Of a stretch of 64,000 bases of DNA, positions 63,958 to 64,000 are shown piece after piece (position 1 is the first letter of the stretch; each line of letters opens with the position of its first letter). Made by a program: the position numbers and the translations under genes. Source of the DNA: Octopus sinensis (lineage: Eukaryota); assembly GCF_006345805.1 (NCBI RefSeq), contig NC_042998.1, positions 175,894,001 through 175,958,000 of the forward strand, written 5' to 3'. The notes beneath the pieces are model-generated. The model did no database searches. It saw only the letters and a list, made by a program, of their open reading frames with translations, and was not told the origin of the DNA.

Positions 63958-64000
63958 AATTTTTTGAGGAAATTCGTCTCTTTTTATAGTACTATTGAGT

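Overview
Eukaryotic, AT-rich, microsatellite-dense genomic DNA. The SINE/LINE families and the (TA)n/(CA)n/(TAA)n/(ATAC)n landscape suggest an octopod cephalopod; this is an inference. One protein-coding gene could be reconstructed completely: mitochondrial tryptophanyl-tRNA synthetase (WARS2), minus strand, 7 coding exons (15274-15131, 12564-12374, 9263-9182, 7403-7323, 4871-4789, 4082-3964, 2732-2278). These give 1155 nt (384 aa plus stop), all introns are GT-AG and phase-compatible, and the protein has HLGN and KMSKS motifs and an acid-free N-terminal presequence. The rest of the window is mostly transposon debris: mariner, Tigger/pogo, a Helitron-like element, RTE, R4/Dong, CR1 and other APE-type LINEs, a Penelope-like GIY-YIG fragment, and at least three tRNA-derived SINE families. 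Most ORFs in the supplied track are microsatellite artefacts. The main discovery is five hammerhead-ribozyme-like motifs read by eye (21482-21524 +, 56650-56685 +, 57610-57644 +, 63279-63360 -, 63913-63957 -). One has an intact catalytic core and sits in an apparently young 588-bp insertion with a 15-bp target-site duplication and a perfect 114-bp inverted repeat. Two with variant cores flank the Penelope-like endonuclease fragment. Other oddities: a 12 x 48-bp array of a SINE head, a 27-bp SNEQIVGGE-type degenerate array, a nested foldback in WARS2 intron 2, a (TAA)n tract holding three different retroelements, and weak hints of a second minus-strand gene. TE boundaries are approximate, and no searches or folding programs were run.
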